A stretch of DNA of 64,000 bases from the NCBI RefSeq assembly GCF_003334815.1, contig NZ_QOWO01000001.1. One strand, 5' to 3'. Origin of the DNA: Escherichia coli. GTDB taxonomy: Bacteria > Pseudomonadota > Gammaproteobacteria > Enterobacterales > Enterobacteriaceae. Position 1 is the first letter of the stretch; every line of letters begins with the position of its first letter. Shown in pieces: positions 11,116 through 24,815 of this stretch. A program made the position numbers and the translations under genes. A model generated the notes under the pieces. That model had not been told where the DNA came from. It was given only the letters and a program-made list of their open reading frames with translations, and did not search any database.

Positions 11116-13251
11116 TTACTCGCCCTGTTCAGCAGCCGGAGCTTCCGGTGCTGCAGCAGGTTGAGACTGCTCAGTCGCTTCTTTAATGCTCAGACGGATA
11201 CGGCCCTGGCGATCAACTTCCAGAACTTTCACCGGTACTTCCTGACCCATCTGCAGGTAATCGGTCACTTTCTCAACGCGTTTGTCAGCGATTTGAGAGA
11301 TGTGGACCAGACCTTCTTTACCGCCGCCGATGGCAACAAATGCGCCAAAGTCAACGATACGGGTCACTTTACCAGTGTAGACGCGGCCCACTTCGATTTC
11401 TGCAGTGATCTCTTCGATACGACGAATAGCATGTTTCGCTTTCTCGCCGTCGGTCGCTGCAATCTTCACAGTACCGTCATCTTCGATTTCGATGGTGGTG
11501 CCAGTTTCTTCGGTCAGAGCACGGATTACAGAACCGCCTTTACCGATAACATCTTTGATCTTGTCCGGGTTGATCTTGATGGTATGGATACGCGGTGCGA
11601 ACTCAGAGATATCGCCACGCGGCGCGTTGATCGCCTGTTCCATTACGCCCAGGATATGCAGACGCGCACCTTTAGCCTGGTTCAGCGCAACCTGCATGAT
11701 CTCTTTGGTGATACCTTCAATTTTGATATCCATCTGCAGTGCAGAGATACCGTCGCGGGAACCTGCAACTTTGAAGTCCATATCGCCCAGGTGATCTTCG
11801 TCGCCCAAAATGTCAGACAGTACAACGTAGTTGTCGCCTTCTTTCACCAGACCCATTGCGATACCCGCAACGGCAGCTTTGATCGGCACACCTGCGTCCA
11901 TCAGCGCCAGAGACGCGCCGCACACGGAAGCCATAGAAGAGGAACCGTTGGATTCAGTGATTTCAGACACAACACGTACGGTGTACGGGAATTTGTCCAT
12001 ATCCGGCATGACTGCCAGCACGCCGCGCTTCGCCAGACGACCGTGACCAATTTCACGACGCTTCGGAGAACCGACCATGCCGGTTTCGCCTACGGAGTAC
12101 GGAGGGAAGTTGTAGTGGAACAGGAAGGTATCGGTACGTTCGCCCATCAGTTCATCAAGAACCTGCGCGTCACGAGCAGTACCCAGCGTTGCGGTAACCA
12201 GCGCCTGCGTTTCACCACGGGTGAACAGCGCAGAACCGTGAGTACGCGGCAGCACGCCAGTACGCACATCCAGACCACGGATCATATCTTTTTCACGACC
12301 GTCGATACGCGGTTCGCCTGCCAGTACGCGGCTACGAACAACGTTTTTCTCGATCGCGTGCAGAATTTCACCCAGTTCGTTTTCGTCCAGGGTTTCGTCT
12401 TCAGCAAGCAGCGTCGCGATGGTTTCAGATTTGATGACATCAACCTGCGCATAACGCTCTTGTTTGTCGGTGATGCGGTAAGCATCGCTCAGGCGAGCTT
12501 CAGCCAGTGCAGCAACGCGCGCGTTTAGCGCTTCGTTTACCGGCTCCGGCTGCCAGTCCCAACGCGGTTTACCGGCTTCTTTCACCAGTTCATTGATGTT
12601 CTGAATAACAACCTGCTGTTGTTCATGACCGAACACTACTGCGCCCAGCATCTGGTCTTCGCTCAGCAGTTGAGCTTCAGATTCAACCATCAGTACAGCG
12701 GCTTCAGTACCGGCAACAACCAGATCCAGTTTGCTCTCTTTCAGCTCGTCCTGAGTCGGGTTCAGTACGTACTGGTCATTGATGTAACCTACGCGGGCAG
12801 CACCAATCGGGCCATTGAACGGAATACCAGACAGAGACAGCGCTGCGGAAGCACCAATCATCGCGACGATATCCGGGTTAACTTGCGGGTTAACAGAAAC
12901 CACGGTGGCGATAACCTGAACTTCGTTGACGAAGCCTTCCGGGAACAGCGGGCGAATCGGGCGGTCAATCAGACGCGCGATCAGGGTTTCGCCTTCGCTT
13001 GGGCGGCCTTCACGACGGAAGAAGCTACCCGGGATACGACCAGCAGCGTAGGTACGCTCCTGATAGTTAACGGTCAGTGGGAAGAAGTCCTGACCTGGTT
13101 TGGCTTTTTTCTGGCCAACAACGGTAACGAATACCGCGGTGTCATCCATGCTAACCATAACAGCGGCAGTAGCCTGACGAGCCATCATGCCGGTTTCCAG
13201 AGTCACGGTGTGTTGGCCGTACTGGAATTTACGAACGATCGGATTAAGCAA
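11116..13251 (-). CDS. pnp: Polynucleotide phosphorylase (PNPase)
   Basis: ORF track 11116..13338; start set to the TTG at 13249-13251 giving 711 aa ([12 protein letters not shown]); RNase PH, KH and S1 domains. Confidence 0.95.
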   Translation of the reverse strand: MLNPIVRKFQYGQHTVTLETGMMARQATAAVMVSMDDTAVFVTVVGQKKAKPGQDFFPLTVNYQERTYAAGRIPGSFFRREGRPSEGETLIARLIDRPIRPLFPEGFVNEVQVIATVVSVNPQVNPDIVAMIGASAALSLSGIPFNGPIGAARVGYINDQYVLNPTQDELKESKLDLVVAGTEAAVLMVESEAQLLSEDQMLGAVVFGHEQQQVVIQNINELVKEAGKPRWDWQPEPVNEALNARVAALAEARLSDAYRITDKQERYAQVDVIKSETIATLLAEDETLDENELGEILHAIEKNVVRSRVLAGEPRIDGREKDMIRGLDVRTGVLPRTHGSALFTRGETQALVTATLGTARDAQVLDELMGERTDTFLFHYNFPPYSVGETGMVGSPKRREIGHGRLAKRGVLAVMPDMDKFPYTVRVVSEITESNGSSSMASVCGASLALMDAGVPIKAAVAGIAMGLVKEGDNYVVLSDILGDEDHLGDMDFKVAGSRDGISALQMDIKIEGITKEIMQVALNQAKGARLHILGVMEQAINAPRGDISEFAPRIHTIKINPDKIKDVIGKGGSVIRALTEETGTTIEIEDDGTVKIAATDGEKAKHAIRRIEEITAEIEVGRVYTGKVTRIVDFGAFVAIGGGKEGLVHISQIADKRVEKVTDYLQMGQEVPVKVLEVDRQGRIRLSIKEATEQSQPAAAPEAPAAEQGE

Positions 13252-13299
13252 TGTAATATCCTTTCTCTTTCTTAGACAGTACCTTACGGCACTGGTGTT

Positions 13300-13485
13300 A
13301 ATACCCGATCTTCTGCGCATCCTCGCGACTAATGACAACCCTAACCCAGCTCTATGTGGGTAAAGCCTCTCATTAGCCGCGCGAACCTCTGCAACGGAAG
13401 ATCATTCATAGCAACAATACATTAGTTTCCAGTGAATTGCTGCCGTCAGCTTGAAAAAAGGGGCCACTCAGGCCCCCTTTTCTGA
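13300..13485 (+). ncRNA. sraG: Probable SraG (PsrO) sRNA, antisense to the pnp leader; boundaries approximate
   Basis: Placed from recall of an sRNA in the rpsO-pnp intergenic region opposite pnp; the shared hairpin at 13454-13482 could terminate a plus-strand transcript. Exact ends not determinable here. Confidence 0.3.
13454..13482 (-). terminator. rpsO Rho-independent terminator (hairpin usable on both strands)
   Basis: Minus strand AGGGGGCC-TGAGT-GGCCCCT followed by TTTTTT, directly after rpsO stop. Confidence 0.85.
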
Positions 13486-13497
13486 AACTCGCAAGAA

Positions 13498-13863
<366 letters not shown>

Positions 13864-13875
13864 TTAAGCGGCAGT

Positions 13876-13904
13876 ATTCTACTCGTAGCGACCTGTTATC
13901 GCAA
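13876..13904 (-). promoter_or_regulatory. rpsO sigma70 promoter
   Basis: Minus strand -35 TTGCGA (13899-13904), 17-bp spacer, -10 TAGAAT (13876-13881), just downstream of truB stop. Confidence 0.7.
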
Positions 13905-13915
13905 GACGGTTAACA

Positions 13916-14860
13916 TTACGCCGGGTATTCAACCACCAGGCGACGAGGCGCAACGCGGCCTTCATCGTCAATTTCGCCCATACCGATAAATTTGCCGTTC
14001 TCACCTTCCGTGACGCGAACCAGTCCTTCCAGTGGCGCACCAGATGTACGAACCGGGTTACCATTTTTGAAGTAAACAGAAGACGTTAACGGAAGATTCA
14101 CCACCGGATAGTCCGAAGCTGGACTGTCCATTGGCATCAGTAATGGATCAAGTAACTCCGCGGCTGGAATATCCTGCTGTTCAGCTTGCTCAACAAGTTC
14201 ACGCAGGTGCTCCAGGGTCACCATCCGTTCAACCGGATATTTACTTACCGCCAGACGGCGCAGGTAAATAACATGCGCGCCACAGCCGAGTTTTTCACCC
14301 AGGTCATCAATGATGGTGCGGATATAAGTGCCTTTTGAGCAGTGAATTTCCAGCTCCAGCTCATTGCCTTCATGGCGAATAAACAGCAATTCATAAACGG
14401 TAATCGGACGCGCTTCACGCGGAACTTCAATGCCCTGACGCGCATATTCGTACAGTTTTTTGCCCTGATATTTCAGTGCTGAATACATCGAAGGGATCTG
14501 TTCGATATCGCCACGGAAAGTATCCAGTGCCGCTGCCAGCTGCTCTGCGCTAAAGGTTACCGGACGTTCTTCAACGATCTGTCCGTCGGCATCAGAAGTA
14601 TCGGTACGCTGTCCAAGACGCGCAATGACCCGATAGCGTTTGTCGGAGTCCAGCAGATACTGGGAAAACTTCGTCGCTTCCCCGAGGCAAATCGGCAACA
14701 TGCCGGTCGCCAGCGGGTCCAGCGCACCGGTATGCCCGGCACGGTTGGCGTTATATATACGTTTCACTTTTTGCAGCGCATCGTTGCTGGACATACCCTG
14801 AGGTTTATCCAGCAACAAAACGCCGTTAATGTCGCGACCGCGACGACGAGGACGACTCAT
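13916..14860 (-). CDS. truB: tRNA pseudouridine-55 synthase TruB
   Basis: ORF track 314 aa. Confidence 0.95.
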
Positions 14861-15261
14861 TAGTCCTCCTTGCTGTCGTCCGGGTTAACACGACGTTCTT
14901 CGTCATGTTTGACCACGCTGGTCACCAGGTTTGACATGCGCATCCCTTCAACCAGAGAGTTGTCGTAGAAGAAGGTCAGTTCCGGCACGATACGCAGGCG
15001 CATCGCTTTCCCCAGCAGGCTGCGGATGAAACCAGAAGCTTCTTGCAACGCTTTGATGCCCGCTTTAACCGCGTCTTCATCTTTGTCGTTGAGGAACGTC
15101 ACATATACTTTGGCATACGCCAGGTCGCGAGACATTTCGACACCGGAAACGGTGGTCATCATGCCCAGGCGAGGATCTTTAATTTCACGCTGCAGGATGA
15201 GAGCGATCTCTTTTTGCATTTCCTGCGCTACGCGCTGCGGGCGACCAAATTCTTTCGCCAT
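14860..15261 (-). CDS. rbfA: Ribosome-binding factor A
   Basis: ORF track 14860..15279; start trimmed to [11 protein letters not shown] (133 aa); stop overlaps truB start by 1 nt. Confidence 0.93.
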
Positions 15262-15274
15262 AATAAATTCTCCT

Positions 15275-15303
15275 GACAAAAAAGGGGCTGTTAGCCCCTT
15301 TTT
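15275..15303 (-). terminator. Rho-independent terminator between infB and rbfA (likely partial read-through attenuator)
   Basis: Minus strand AGGGGCT-aac-AGCCCCT followed by TTTTTTGTC. Confidence 0.7.
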
Positions 15304-15337
15304 AAAATTAATTTCAGGTGGAAGGGCTGTTCACGTT

Positions 15338-15405
15338 GACCTGATAAGACGCGCCAGCGTCACATCAGGCAATCCATGCCGGATGCAGCGTAAACGCCTT
15401 ATCCC
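15338..15405. repeat. Pair of REP elements downstream of infB
   Basis: GACCTGATAAGACGCGCCAGCGTCACATCAGGC and GCCGGATGCAGCGTAAACGCCTTATCC. Confidence 0.7.
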
Positions 15406-15424
15406 GCATGGAACCCTAAAAACC

Positions 15425-18097
15425 TTAAGCAATGGTACGTTGGATCTCGATGATTTCGAATACTTCGATCACATCGCCAGTGCGGACGTCGTTGTAGTTC
15501 TTAACGCCGATACCACATTCCATACCGTTACGGACTTCGTTAACGTCATCTTTGAAGCGGCGCAGGGACTCCAGCTCGCCTTCGTAGATAACCACGTTGT
15601 CACGCAGAACGCGGATCGGGTTGTGACGTTTAACCACACCTTCGGTAACCATACAGCCTGCGATGGCACCAAATTTCGGCGATTTGAACACGTCACGAAC
15701 TTCCGCCAGACCGATAATCTGCTGTTTCAGTTCCGGAGACAGCATACCGCTCATCGCCGCTTTCACTTCGTCAATCAGGTTATAGATGACGGAGTAGTAA
15801 CGCAGATCCAGGCTTTCCGCTTCAATCACTTTACGTGCAGAGGCATCAGCACGTACGTTAAAGCCAACCAGGATGGCGTTGGACGCCGCAGCCAGGGTGG
15901 CGTCGGTTTCGGTGATACCACCTACGCCAGAACCGATGATCTTCACTTTAACTTCGTCAGTAGACAGTTTCAGCAAGGAGTCGGAGATCGCTTCGACAGA
16001 ACCCTGTACGTCTGCCTTCAGGACGATATTCACTTCGTGAACTTCGCCTTCGGTCATGTTGGCGAACATGTTCTCGAGTTTAGATTTCTGCTGACGCGCC
16101 AGTTTAACTTCGCGGAATTTACCCTGACGATAGAGTGCAACTTCACGCGCTTTCTTCTCGTCACGTACAACGGTAACTTCATCACCCGCAGCCGGTACGC
16201 CGGACAGGCCGAGGATTTCCACCGGAATGGACGGACCCGCTTCCAGCACTTCCTGACCCAGTTCGTTACGCATCGCACGAACACGACCGTATTCGAAGCC
16301 ACACAGAACGATATCGCCCTTGTGCAGAGTACCTTCACGTACCAGAACGGTAGCAACCGGACCACGACCTTTATCGAGGAAGGATTCGATAACCGCACCG
16401 CTCGCCATACCTTTACGTACCGCTTTCAGCTCCAGAACTTCCGCCTGCAGCAGGATAGCGTCCAGCAGTTCATCGATACCGGTACCCGCTTTCGCAGATA
16501 CGTGTACGAACTGGCTTTCACCGCCCCACTCTTCCGGCAGGATGCCGTACTGGGAGAGTTCGTTCTTAACGCGATCCGGATCAGCTTCTGGTTTATCGAT
16601 CTTGTTCACTGCAACCACCACCGGTACCTGCGCCGCTTTCGCGTGCTGGATTGCTTCGATGGTCTGCGGCATCACACCGTCGTCGGCAGCAACAACCAGG
16701 ACTACGATGTCCGTTGCCTGCGCACCACGAGCACGCATTGAAGTAAACGCGGCGTGCCCCGGGGTGTCCAGGAAGGTGATCATGCCGTTTTCAGTTTCAA
16801 CGTGGTATGCACCAATGTGCTGGGTAATGCCGCCCGCTTCGCCAGAGGCCACTTTCGTTGAACGAATGTAGTCCAGCAGAGAGGTTTTACCGTGGTCAAC
16901 GTGACCCATGATGGTCACAACCGGCGCGCGCGGTTCAGCCGCAGCACCCGTGTCACGGTCGCTCATTACCGCCTCTTCCAGCTCGTTTTCACGACGCAGG
17001 ATAACTTTATGGCCCATCTCTTCAGCAACCAGCTGTGCGGTTTCCTGATCGATAACCTGGTTGATGGTTGCCATTGCGCCCAGTTTCATCATCGCTTTGA
17101 TGACCTGAGAGCCTTTAACCGCCATCTTGTTCGCCAGTTCGCCAACGGTGATAGTTTCGCCGATCACAACGTCACGGTTAACGGCCTGAGCAGGCTTCTG
17201 GAAGCCTTGCTGCAGCGAAGAACCTTTACGTTTTCCGCCTTTACCGCCACGTACTGCTGCGCGTGCTTCTTCACGATCAGCTTTTGATTCAGCGTGTTTG
17301 TTGCCTTTCTTCGGACGCGCTGCTTTCGCGTTACGACCACGGCCACGGCCGCCTTCGACTTCACGATCGCTTTCGTCTTCTGCCTGGCGAGCATGTTGAG
17401 AAGTAGTGACGTGATAATCGCTGGAATCTTCAGTCGGTTCCGCGTTATCAGTCCATTTGTTTTCTTCCGCCATACGACGTGCTTCTTCAGCAACGCGACG
17501 TGCTTCTTCTTCGAGTTTACGACGCGCTTCTTCTTCAGCTTTACGCTTGAGCTCTGCAGCTTCCTGCTCACGGCGGGCTTTTTCAGCCTGGGCGTTTTTA
17601 GTCATATCGTCTTGTTGATTGCTCACTTTGTCTTTTTCCGCAGCTTCACGTTTCGCTTGTTCAGCAGCTTCACGCTTAGCTTGTTCTGCGGCCTCACGTT
17701 CAGCTTTTTGTTGCGCCTCGCGTTTAGCCGATTCTTCTGCCTCACGACGGGCTTGCTCTTCCGCTTCACGCTGCGCTTGCTCTTCCGCTGCAAGGCGTTC
17801 AGCCTCTTGCGGATCGCGTTTCACAAAGGTGCGTTTCTTGCGGACTTCGATTTGTACCGATTTGCTTTTTCCACCGGTACCAGGAATGTTAAGGGTGCTG
17901 CGTGTTTTACGTTGCAGCGTCAATTTGTCCGGGCCTGAATTTTTCTGATTCAGGTGGTCAATCAAAGTCTGTTTCTCTTGTGCAGACACAGAGTCGTCAG
18001 CAGACTTCCGGATACCTGCATCAGCAAATTGCTGTACCAGGCGTTCCACGGAGGTCTGTCGCTCTGCGGCCAGCGTTTTAATCGTTACATCTGTCAT
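15425..18097 (-). CDS. infB: Translation initiation factor IF-2 (alpha form; internal in-frame starts for beta at GTG 17624-17626 and gamma at ATG 17603-17605)
   Basis: ORF track 890 aa; G-domain motifs [17 protein letters not shown]; internal starts at codons Val158 and Met165 checked against sequence. Confidence 0.97.
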
Positions 18098-18121
18098 GCT
18101 GTTCCTTCCTGCTACAGTTTA

Positions 18122-19609
<1,488 letters not shown>

Positions 19610-19636
19610 CGCGGGCTTTTCACCTCATCCAGACTA

Positions 19637-20089
19637 TTAAAAGTGGGGAACCAGGTTCGCCTTCTGGATATTACTCAGCGCGAACACTTCATCTTTACCT
19701 TCGACGGTAACTGTGATCATTTCACCGTCTACCGCTTTGATAACGCCCTGCCATTTACGACGGTTTTGTACCGCCATACGGAGAACCAGAGTCACCTCTT
19801 CTCCGACAAAACGGGCGTAGTGTTCAGCCGTGAACAGTGGGCGATCGAGACCCGGTGAGGAGACTTCCAGGTTATAAGCAACGGTGATGGGATCTTCAAC
19901 ATCCAGCACAGCACTTACCTGGTGGCTCACATCAGCACAATCATCAACATTGATGCCATCTTCACTATCAATATAGATGCGCAGTGTGGATGTGCGACCG
20001 CGAATAAATTCGATGCCAACCAGTTCAAAACCCAGGGCCTCAACTGGCGCAGTAATCATCTCTGTTAATTTTTGCTCTAATGTGGACAA
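19637..20089 (-). CDS. rimP: Ribosome maturation factor RimP (YhbC)
   Basis: ORF track 19637..20101; start set to the TTG at 20087-20089 giving 150 aa ([11 protein letters not shown]). Confidence 0.9.
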
Positions 20090-20145
20090 GCCCACCCCCA
20101 AGACATAAAAAAAGGGCCTAAAGCCCAGTTATTCTGTAGTCAGAT

Positions 20146-20171
20146 AACAAAAAACCCCGATAAATCGGGGC
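20146..20171 (-). terminator. Rho-independent terminator/attenuator between metY and rimP
   Basis: Minus strand GCCCCGAT-tt-ATCGGGG followed by TTTTTTGT; a second weaker GC hairpin plus T7 lies at 20107-20126. Confidence 0.7.
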
Positions 20172-20295
20172 TTTATATAACTGAACCCTATAACCGCAAC
20201 TGCGGTCTGGAGCACTTTCCAGAAGGATTTTTTCAAATCCCACTACGAAGGCCGAAGTCTTCACAGTATATTTGAAAAAGGACTCTAAGGGAAAG

Positions 20296-20372
<77 letters not shown>

Positions 20373-20387
20373 CCTGAAACGTGGCAA

Positions 20388-20416
20388 ATTCTACTCGTTT
20401 TGGGTAAAAAATGCAA
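20388..20416 (-). promoter_or_regulatory. metY operon sigma70 promoter
   Basis: Minus strand -35 TTGCAT (20411-20416), 17-bp spacer, -10 TAGAAT (20388-20393), about 15 nt upstream of the tRNA 5' end. Confidence 0.75.
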
Positions 20417-20629
20417 ATACTGCTGGGATTTGGTGTACCGAGACGGGACGTAAAATCTGCAGGCATTATAGTGATCCACGCCACATTTTGTCAACGTTTA
20501 TTGCTAATCATGTGAATGAATATCCAGTTCACTTTCATTTGTTGAATACTTTTGCCTTCTCCTGCTCTCCCTTAAGCGCATTATTTTACAAAAAACACAC
20601 TAAACTCTTCCTGTCTCCGATAAAAGATG

Positions 20630-20668
20630 ATTAAATGAAAACTCATTTATTTTGCATAAAAATTCAGT
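20630..20668 (+). promoter_or_regulatory. ArgR operator (ARG boxes) in the argG promoter
   Basis: TTTGCATAAAAATTCAGT (20651-20668) matches TnTGAATwwwwATTCAnw; adjacent weaker box AATGAAAACTCATTTA. Confidence 0.55.
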
Positions 20669-20704
20669 GAGAGCGGAAATCCAGGCTCATCATCAGTTAA
20701 TTAA

Positions 20705-22063
<1,359 letters not shown>

Positions 22064-22070
22064 TTCGACA

Positions 22071-23696
22071 TCAACCCTGCCCTTCAGGGGTGGGGTTACC
22101 TTGCTTATCCTCTGTAAACTCCTTTCTGAGCATCACATAATCGAAAACATCATGGTTTGCATCCACAACCCGTGAGTCTCCTTTATAGTGTGCAATCACT
22201 TCCTCAAGCGTTTGCGGCTGTTCCGGCTTTGTTACCCCCATCCACGCATTAATAAGGTAATTATTGTAAGCTGTCGAAAAGATGTTGTTTTCCGTTGTGC
22301 GATCCACGCCATCCCCAAGAACGGGGCTATACCAGATAAACATCGGGACATGATATGCCTGCTGGCTAGCCTCCCTGCCTCCATGAAAATAGACGTTCTT
22401 CTTCGTAGGGTCACGTTCCAGGCCGTGGTCGGCAAAATACATGACCGAGGCGCGGCGATCTTTTAATAATTCAAAAACCTGACCTAGCAAACTATCTGTG
22501 TAATGAATGGAGTTGTCATAGCAGGCATCCTGATCGTCCTGCGGTTGAAACACGGCGCTGGATTGCGGATAGGCGCTACAAGCCGGTTCATGGCTTCCAT
22601 TTAAATGAAGAACAATCAGTTTCTTTTGCTGCGTATTTTGCTGTAATGCTTGCGATAAATGCGGCAACAACAATTCATCAAATCCTCTGACATAAACTGT
22701 TTCCATGGCGCGCATGGCGATACTGGTAACTGCTGTACCATTCTGCCGAAAAGCGGATTGCGAGCTTAGCCAGAAAGTCTGAAATCCTGCTTGATTAGCC
22801 ATATTAATAATGTTGTCGGGGTAATTATGAATGTCATGACTCAAAACAGAATCAGCAGTTAAAGAAAGGGGAACCGACAGCGCAGTGTAAGGTGCGCCGC
22901 TTATTGCTTGATTAAACAGTTTGATCTGTTTTCTTTGTGCTTCAACTTGCGGTGTCGTAGAGCGTGTATATCCATACAAAGACATATTGTCGACACGTAC
23001 AGACTCCCCCACAATCAACACGTAGGTATCAATACCTGTATCCCTGACTGATAATTGAAAATACGGCACCGTGTTTGCAATTGAGAGTAATCTTTGATGC
23101 TCTTTCGCTGCTAAAGCAAAATAGTTGAGATTGAAAAACGGCGTATAGGTAGCAAATCGCGACGCTAGTATATATGGACTGAACGCTTTTTTATTTTTTG
23201 CATCTTTATAAGCAAATTGACAAGCGGAAAATAAACTGCCCGAAATGACAATCAGCAATAATATTCCTGTCACTTTTTTTGTCGGCAAGGAAACATCATA
23301 TTTTATTATTACTGCCAAAAAAAGAAGGGATAAAAAAGCAAAGGCACATAGATAAGGGATATACATCCCCAGCATTTTGACAACTTCATCCGGATCACTC
23401 TGGAGCACACTAATCGCAAATCCATCATTGAAAGTTGTACCAAAGGTACACCATGAATAGAGGCTAATACTCATGTCTGCCGCAGTCAGTAACACAAATG
23501 GTGCGGCAACAAGCAGGCGAAGCGGAAGGGATGATATACGTTTTACAACCAGGATGGTCAGAACGAAGAACAGCAAGCGCTGAACCATATGCGCTCCGGA
23601 AGAAGCGACTAAGTTCGTAATACCAAAAACAATAACACAAAGATACAACAACCAATGAGATTTAAAAGTTCTAGCAAATTTGTTGAATACTGTCAT
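22071..23696 (-). CDS. yhbX: Putative phosphoethanolamine transferase YhbX (EptA/OpgE-like sulfatase-fold membrane protein)
   Basis: ORF track 22071..23729; start trimmed to MTVFNKFARTFKSHW (541 aa); N-terminal TM segments plus C-terminal sulfatase-like domain; visibly AT-rich. Confidence 0.85.
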   Translation of the reverse strand: MTVFNKFARTFKSHWLLYLCVIVFGITNLVASSGAHMVQRLLFFVLTILVVKRISSLPLRLLVAAPFVLLTAADMSISLYSWCTFGTTFNDGFAISVLQSDPDEVVKMLGMYIPYLCAFAFLSLLFLAVIIKYDVSLPTKKVTGILLLIVISGSLFSACQFAYKDAKNKKAFSPYILASRFATYTPFFNLNYFALAAKEHQRLLSIANTVPYFQLSVRDTGIDTYVLIVGESVRVDNMSLYGYTRSTTPQVEAQRKQIKLFNQAISGAPYTALSVPLSLTADSVLSHDIHNYPDNIINMANQAGFQTFWLSSQSAFRQNGTAVTSIAMRAMETVYVRGFDELLLPHLSQALQQNTQQKKLIVLHLNGSHEPACSAYPQSSAVFQPQDDQDACYDNSIHYTDSLLGQVFELLKDRRASVMYFADHGLERDPTKKNVYFHGGREASQQAYHVPMFIWYSPVLGDGVDRTTENNIFSTAYNNYLINAWMGVTKPEQPQTLEEVIAHYKGDSRVVDANHDVFDYVMLRKEFTEDKQGNPTPEGQG

Positions 23697-24116
23697 CCAG
23701 AAATCCAAGTTCACAACCAATATAAACAATTATCAACAATGTTTAATTTTATATCAGACATGTTTTTCAACTCTGATCCATATCAGAACGAAACACTGTT
23801 AGTTTTTTCTTTTTAAATGATGCGGCCATTGCGTTCTCAGTAATTAAATAACATTATCAATGCGTCTCTAAACATTACGCAGAACGTAGCCATCAGTCGT
23901 TATACTGACAGGAGCAGGATGGTTTATCGAGAAGTAAACATATCCGTATTCGTACCGGAACTGGAGTTGACACAATAAAGTGCCAATTATGTCAGTAGAA
24001 GGGAAAAATTTATAACTAAGGCGTACCGGCACCATCGTTTCAAGGTACCAGCTACGAGTAAAGCAACTGGACGAGATACAGATACCTGACAACCATTCCT
24101 CAGACCAGGACCAAAA

Positions 24117-24142
24117 CGAAAAAAGACGCTTTTCAGCGTCTC
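24117..24142 (-). terminator. Rho-independent terminator downstream of leuU (secG-leuU operon)
   Basis: Minus strand AGACGC-tgaaaa-GCGTCT followed by TTTTTTCG. Confidence 0.8.
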
Positions 24143-24154
24143 TTTTCTGGAATT

Positions 24155-24241
24155 TGGTACCGAGGACGGGACTTGAACCCGTAAGCCCTATTGGGCACTA
24201 CCACCTCAAGGTAGCGTGTCTACCAATTCCACCACCTCGGC
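24155..24241 (-). tRNA. leuU: tRNA-Leu (GAG anticodon)
   Basis: Reverse complement reads GCCGAGGTGGTGGAATTGGTAGACACGCTACCTTGAGGTGGTAGTGCCCAATAGGGCTTACGGGTTCAAGTCCCGTCCTCGGTACCA, 87 nt. Confidence 0.95.
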
Positions 24242-24255
24242 ACGGATACTACTTT

Positions 24256-24588
24256 TTAGTTCGGGATATCGCTGGTCGGCTTAGCCGGAGCAGCTGGCTG
24301 AGTTTGTTCGGTTTTCGCCGGTGCACTCAGATTTTCCCATTCGCTACCTTTATTGGTTTTGTTGCTATTGATGTTACCCAGCACCAGACTGATGATGAAG
24401 AATAACGTTGCCAGCAGCGCCGTCATGCGGGTCATGAAGTTACCAGAACCACTTGAACCAAACAGCGTAGCGGAAGCGCCTGCTCCGAAGGAGGCTCCCA
24501 TATCAGCGCCTTTACCTTGCTGCAGCATGATCAGACCAACAAGGCCAATTGCCACAATAAGGAAAACTACTAAAAGAGCTTCATACAT
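24256..24588 (-). CDS. secG: Protein-export membrane protein SecG
   Basis: ORF track 24256..24636; start trimmed to MYEALLVVFLIVAIGLV (110 aa). Confidence 0.93.
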   Translation of the reverse strand: MYEALLVVFLIVAIGLVGLIMLQQGKGADMGASFGAGASATLFGSSGSGNFMTRMTALLATLFFIISLVLGNINSNKTNKGSEWENLSAPAKTEQTQPAAPAKPTSDIPN

Positions 24589-24770
24589 AATCAACCTGTT
24601 CCTTGCGGAGTTGCCGCGTACCAATGCTTCAACCAATAAAGCGGGAGTTTTTAATCTTTCCCACTGAAGCGGGTGTGAATACTAACCAAAGCGAATGACC
24701 TTCGCAAGGGCAATTTTATCGCATTGTATCAACTGCGGAAAAAAACAGCAAAACCGATGTGTTCGCTGAG

Positions 24771-24797
24771 AAAAAAGGCGACAATCGCCGCCTTTTT
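24771..24797 (-). terminator. Rho-independent terminator downstream of glmM
   Basis: Minus strand GGCGA-ttg-TCGCC followed by TTTTTTCTC; T-run also present on plus strand. Confidence 0.65.
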
Positions 24798-24815
24798 AGC
24801 CAGTTATCTAACGCT

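Noticed and set aside
11053-12528. 491-aa plus-strand ORF
   Set aside because: Lies entirely antisense within pnp, whose product shows full-length PNPase domain architecture; a stop-free antisense frame is a common artefact of biased codon usage.
15026-16741. 571-aa plus-strand ORF
   Set aside because: Antisense to rbfA and infB; infB is unambiguous from its GTPase motifs. The protein has no recognisable features.
17500-17830. Possible CRISPR-like tandem repeats
   Set aside because: The repeats are short, degenerate, in-frame coding repeats inside infB with no unique spacers or cas genes; not a CRISPR array.
17294-17948. Repeat-containing plus-strand ORFs (214 aa, 109 aa with [11 protein letters not shown] repeats)
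   Set aside because: Antisense readings of the IF2 N-terminal tandem repeat region.
23868-24092. 74-aa minus-strand ORF upstream of yhbX
   Set aside because: TTG start without a properly spaced Shine-Dalgarno, no recognisable domain; kept only as part of the intergenic finding.
24154-24405. 83-aa plus-strand ORF
   Set aside because: Overlaps tRNA-Leu (leuU) and the secG 3' end on the opposite strand.
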